Part shown: in pieces, positions 22,638 through 24,248 of the stretch | Layout of the letters: the number at the start of each line of letters is the position of its first letter | How positions within the stretch are numbered: the first letter of the stretch is position 1 | Source: a virus | Lineage: Duplodnaviria > Caudoviricetes | Virus record (IMG/VR): IMGVR_UViG_3300025529_000036 | Span: 1 to 24,248 of that record | Length of the DNA stretch: 24,248 nt | Reading direction: 5' to 3' (one strand) | Made by a program: the position numbers and the translations under genes | Notes under the pieces: model-generated | Seen by the model: the letters and a program-made list of their open reading frames with translations, nothing else | What the model was told of the DNA's origin: nothing | Databases searched by the model: none

Positions 22638-23164
22638 TGAAATACTACAAACACCCTGAGACCGGCGAAGTTTTTGCCTACGAAGCCGAGCAGGATCGGC
22701 AAGAGTGGGGCGCTCCGGAACTTGTTGAGATGACGCCGGAAGAGATCGATGCGCATCTCCATCCGCCGATTCCTGCTGACGCTCGCCGCAAGGCGGCCAA
22801 GGATTCCATCGACCTAGCTGCCGGCAAAGCTCGGGACGCATTTGTCTCGCCTGGGCAGTATGTCGCTGAGGAGTACCGGCTCGCCAAGCAGCAGGCTGAC
22901 GAATGGGTTGCGGCCGGCAAGCCCGCCAATGACGTGCCGCCGGCTGTGGCGGTGTGGGCGCAGGCGCGTGGCTGGACCGCCGAGCAGGCCGCGCAGGACA
23001 TCATTGACACCGAGGCTGCCTGGATGTCGGCGCTGTCGGCAATCCGGCAAGCTAGGTTGCTAGGCAAGGCAGCCGTTGATGCGGCTCCTGACGACGCCGA
23101 CTTTGCCATCGTGGCCGCGCCGTACATCGCTCAGCTGGAGGCTATTGCGGAGCAGGCGCCATGA
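22634..23164 (+). CDS. Tail fibre assembly / chaperone-like protein
   Basis: MKYYK...GEVFAYE...MTPEEIDAHL.PP; ATGA-coupled to the fibre gene. Confidence 0.72.
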   Translation: MMKYYKHPETGEVFAYEAEQDRQEWGAPELVEMTPEEIDAHLHPPIPADARRKAAKDSIDLAAGKARDAFVSPGQYVAEEYRLAKQQADEWVAAGKPANDVPPAVAVWAQARGWTAEQAAQDIIDTEAAWMSALSAIRQARLLGKAAVDAAPDDADFAIVAAPYIAQLEAIAEQAP

Positions 23165-23586
23165 AGATCGCTTTCTACAAGGCAACTCGCCCCGGCCTGC
23201 AAGGCATATTCAATGTTCTGGTGCGCTGGTGGACCCGTGGCCCGTACAGCCATTGTGAGCTGATCCTGGAAGAGTATCCGGATGGTACGGTGTTGTGCGG
23301 TTCGGCATCGCACCTGGACGGCGGCGTGCGGCTCAAGCGCATGGCGCTCAACCCGGAGCGCTGGGATGTTCTGACTACGTCGCTGGGCAATCCGGAAACG
23401 GCGCTGGGGTGGTTCAAGCAACACCAAGGCGCCGGCTACGATCACCTTGGCCTGCTGGGCTTCCTGGCGCGGCCTGTGACCGGCAAGCAGCGCCGTTGGT
23501 TCTGTTCGGAGGCGGTAGGTGCCGCCATTGGTCTGGTGGAGCCCTGGCGGTTCTGCCCGAACACGTTGGCTGTGCTCTGCAAGTGA
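23161..23586 (+). CDS. Permuted papain-like (YiiX/NlpC-P60-type) protein
   Basis: YSHCEL...YD.LG...WFCSE: His before Cys, the permuted catalytic order. Confidence 0.7.
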   Translation: MKIAFYKATRPGLQGIFNVLVRWWTRGPYSHCELILEEYPDGTVLCGSASHLDGGVRLKRMALNPERWDVLTTSLGNPETALGWFKQHQGAGYDHLGLLGFLARPVTGKQRRWFCSEAVGAAIGLVEPWRFCPNTLAVLCK

Positions 23587-23596
23587 GTAGACAGGG

Positions 23597-23953
23597 ATGG
23601 ACGGAAACCGCCGGTTCAGCATCACAGATGCGGAGATGACGCTGCGCGAGTTGGACGCACGCATTGATGAGCGAATTGGCCGGCGGCTCGATGCCTTCGC
23701 GGAGGCATTGAAGCGGCAGCATGACGAGCAGTACCAGCGGCTGGTGGAGCTGTTCAAGTCCGGTTTTCCGGAAGGCGATCCCCATGAGCATCGCATCGCC
23801 CATGAGGAGATGATGCGCATGGTTCGTGCGCGGCGGCGGCTGTTCGAGGAACTGACCCTGCATCTGATCAAGGGCGGCGTCTGGGCGCTGCTGATCTTCC
23901 TGTGTATTGCCGCTTGGCAGTGGGTGAAAGCTCAGGTGAGCGGTGGCGGGTAG
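23597..23953 (+). CDS. Holin-like membrane protein
   Basis: Coiled N-terminal part and one C-terminal TM (GGVWALLIFLCIAAWQWV). Confidence 0.55.
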   Translation: MDGNRRFSITDAEMTLRELDARIDERIGRRLDAFAEALKRQHDEQYQRLVELFKSGFPEGDPHEHRIAHEEMMRMVRARRRLFEELTLHLIKGGVWALLIFLCIAAWQWVKAQVSGGG

Positions 23954-23974
23954 TGTGGTGCGGAGTGGTGCGGT

Positions 23975-24248
23975 ATGGCAACGCTAAAGCTGGTTGGCTT
24001 TTCCGGCGAGATTCCCAAGCTCCTGCCGCGCTTGCTGCCCGACATGTCGGCGCAGGCGGCGTTCAATGTCCGGCTCGATGACGGGGCGCTTACGCCGATC
24101 CGCAAGCCCCGGCGCGTATTCAGCTTTGCGGATGCCACCAACTACCGCACTATCTACCGGCATGGGGATGAGTGGCTGGGCTGGACGGGGCTGGTCAATG
24201 CTGCCCCAGGCCCGGTAGCGCAGGACCGGCTTTACTACACGGGTGATG
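23975..24248 (+). CDS. Tail structural protein, possibly nozzle/stabilisation (partial)
   Basis: Absent from the ORF track: MATLKLVGFSGEIPKLLPRLLPDMSAQAAFNVRLDDGALTP...DRLYYTGD, open to the window end. Confidence 0.7.
   Translation, partial: MATLKLVGFSGEIPKLLPRLLPDMSAQAAFNVRLDDGALTPIRKPRRVFSFADATNYRTIYRHGDEWLGWTGLVNAAPGPVAQDRLYYTGD

Overview
A 24-kb segment of a high-GC tailed-phage (or prophage) genome with a Proteobacterial-type, probably short-tailed, gene set. From left to right it holds: (i) a truncated pentapeptide-repeat gene and a small divergent operon ending in an HTH gene; (ii) a leftward recombination/nucleotide block (YqaJ exonuclease, RecT, HTH-dUTPase fusion) with a CI-like repressor; (iii) a rightward ssb / nin-like / rusA / initiator / DnaC-like loader block; (iv) a ~3.3-kb bidirectional island of small genes (11.9-15.3 kb); and (v) a structural block with an N4-gp56/DUF4043-type major capsid protein, adaptors, two paralogous tail fibres and a holin-like gene. 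No terminase, portal, integrase or reverse transcriptase is visible. The best candidate for a new system is the island. Its left arm has acr-aca-like architecture and its right arm ends in a Csx20-like putative ring nuclease. It shares with the left-end operons an OxyR/LysR-type box, a conserved promoter element and a conserved 5' leader hairpin. Other signals are dispersed (RCACH)n pentamer tracts at gene junctions, a GGA-rich candidate sRNA, a methyltransferase remnant lacking its catalytic motif, an IS200/IS605-type scar and a possible +1 frameshift. Family assignments rest on motif recognition by eye; no database search was run.
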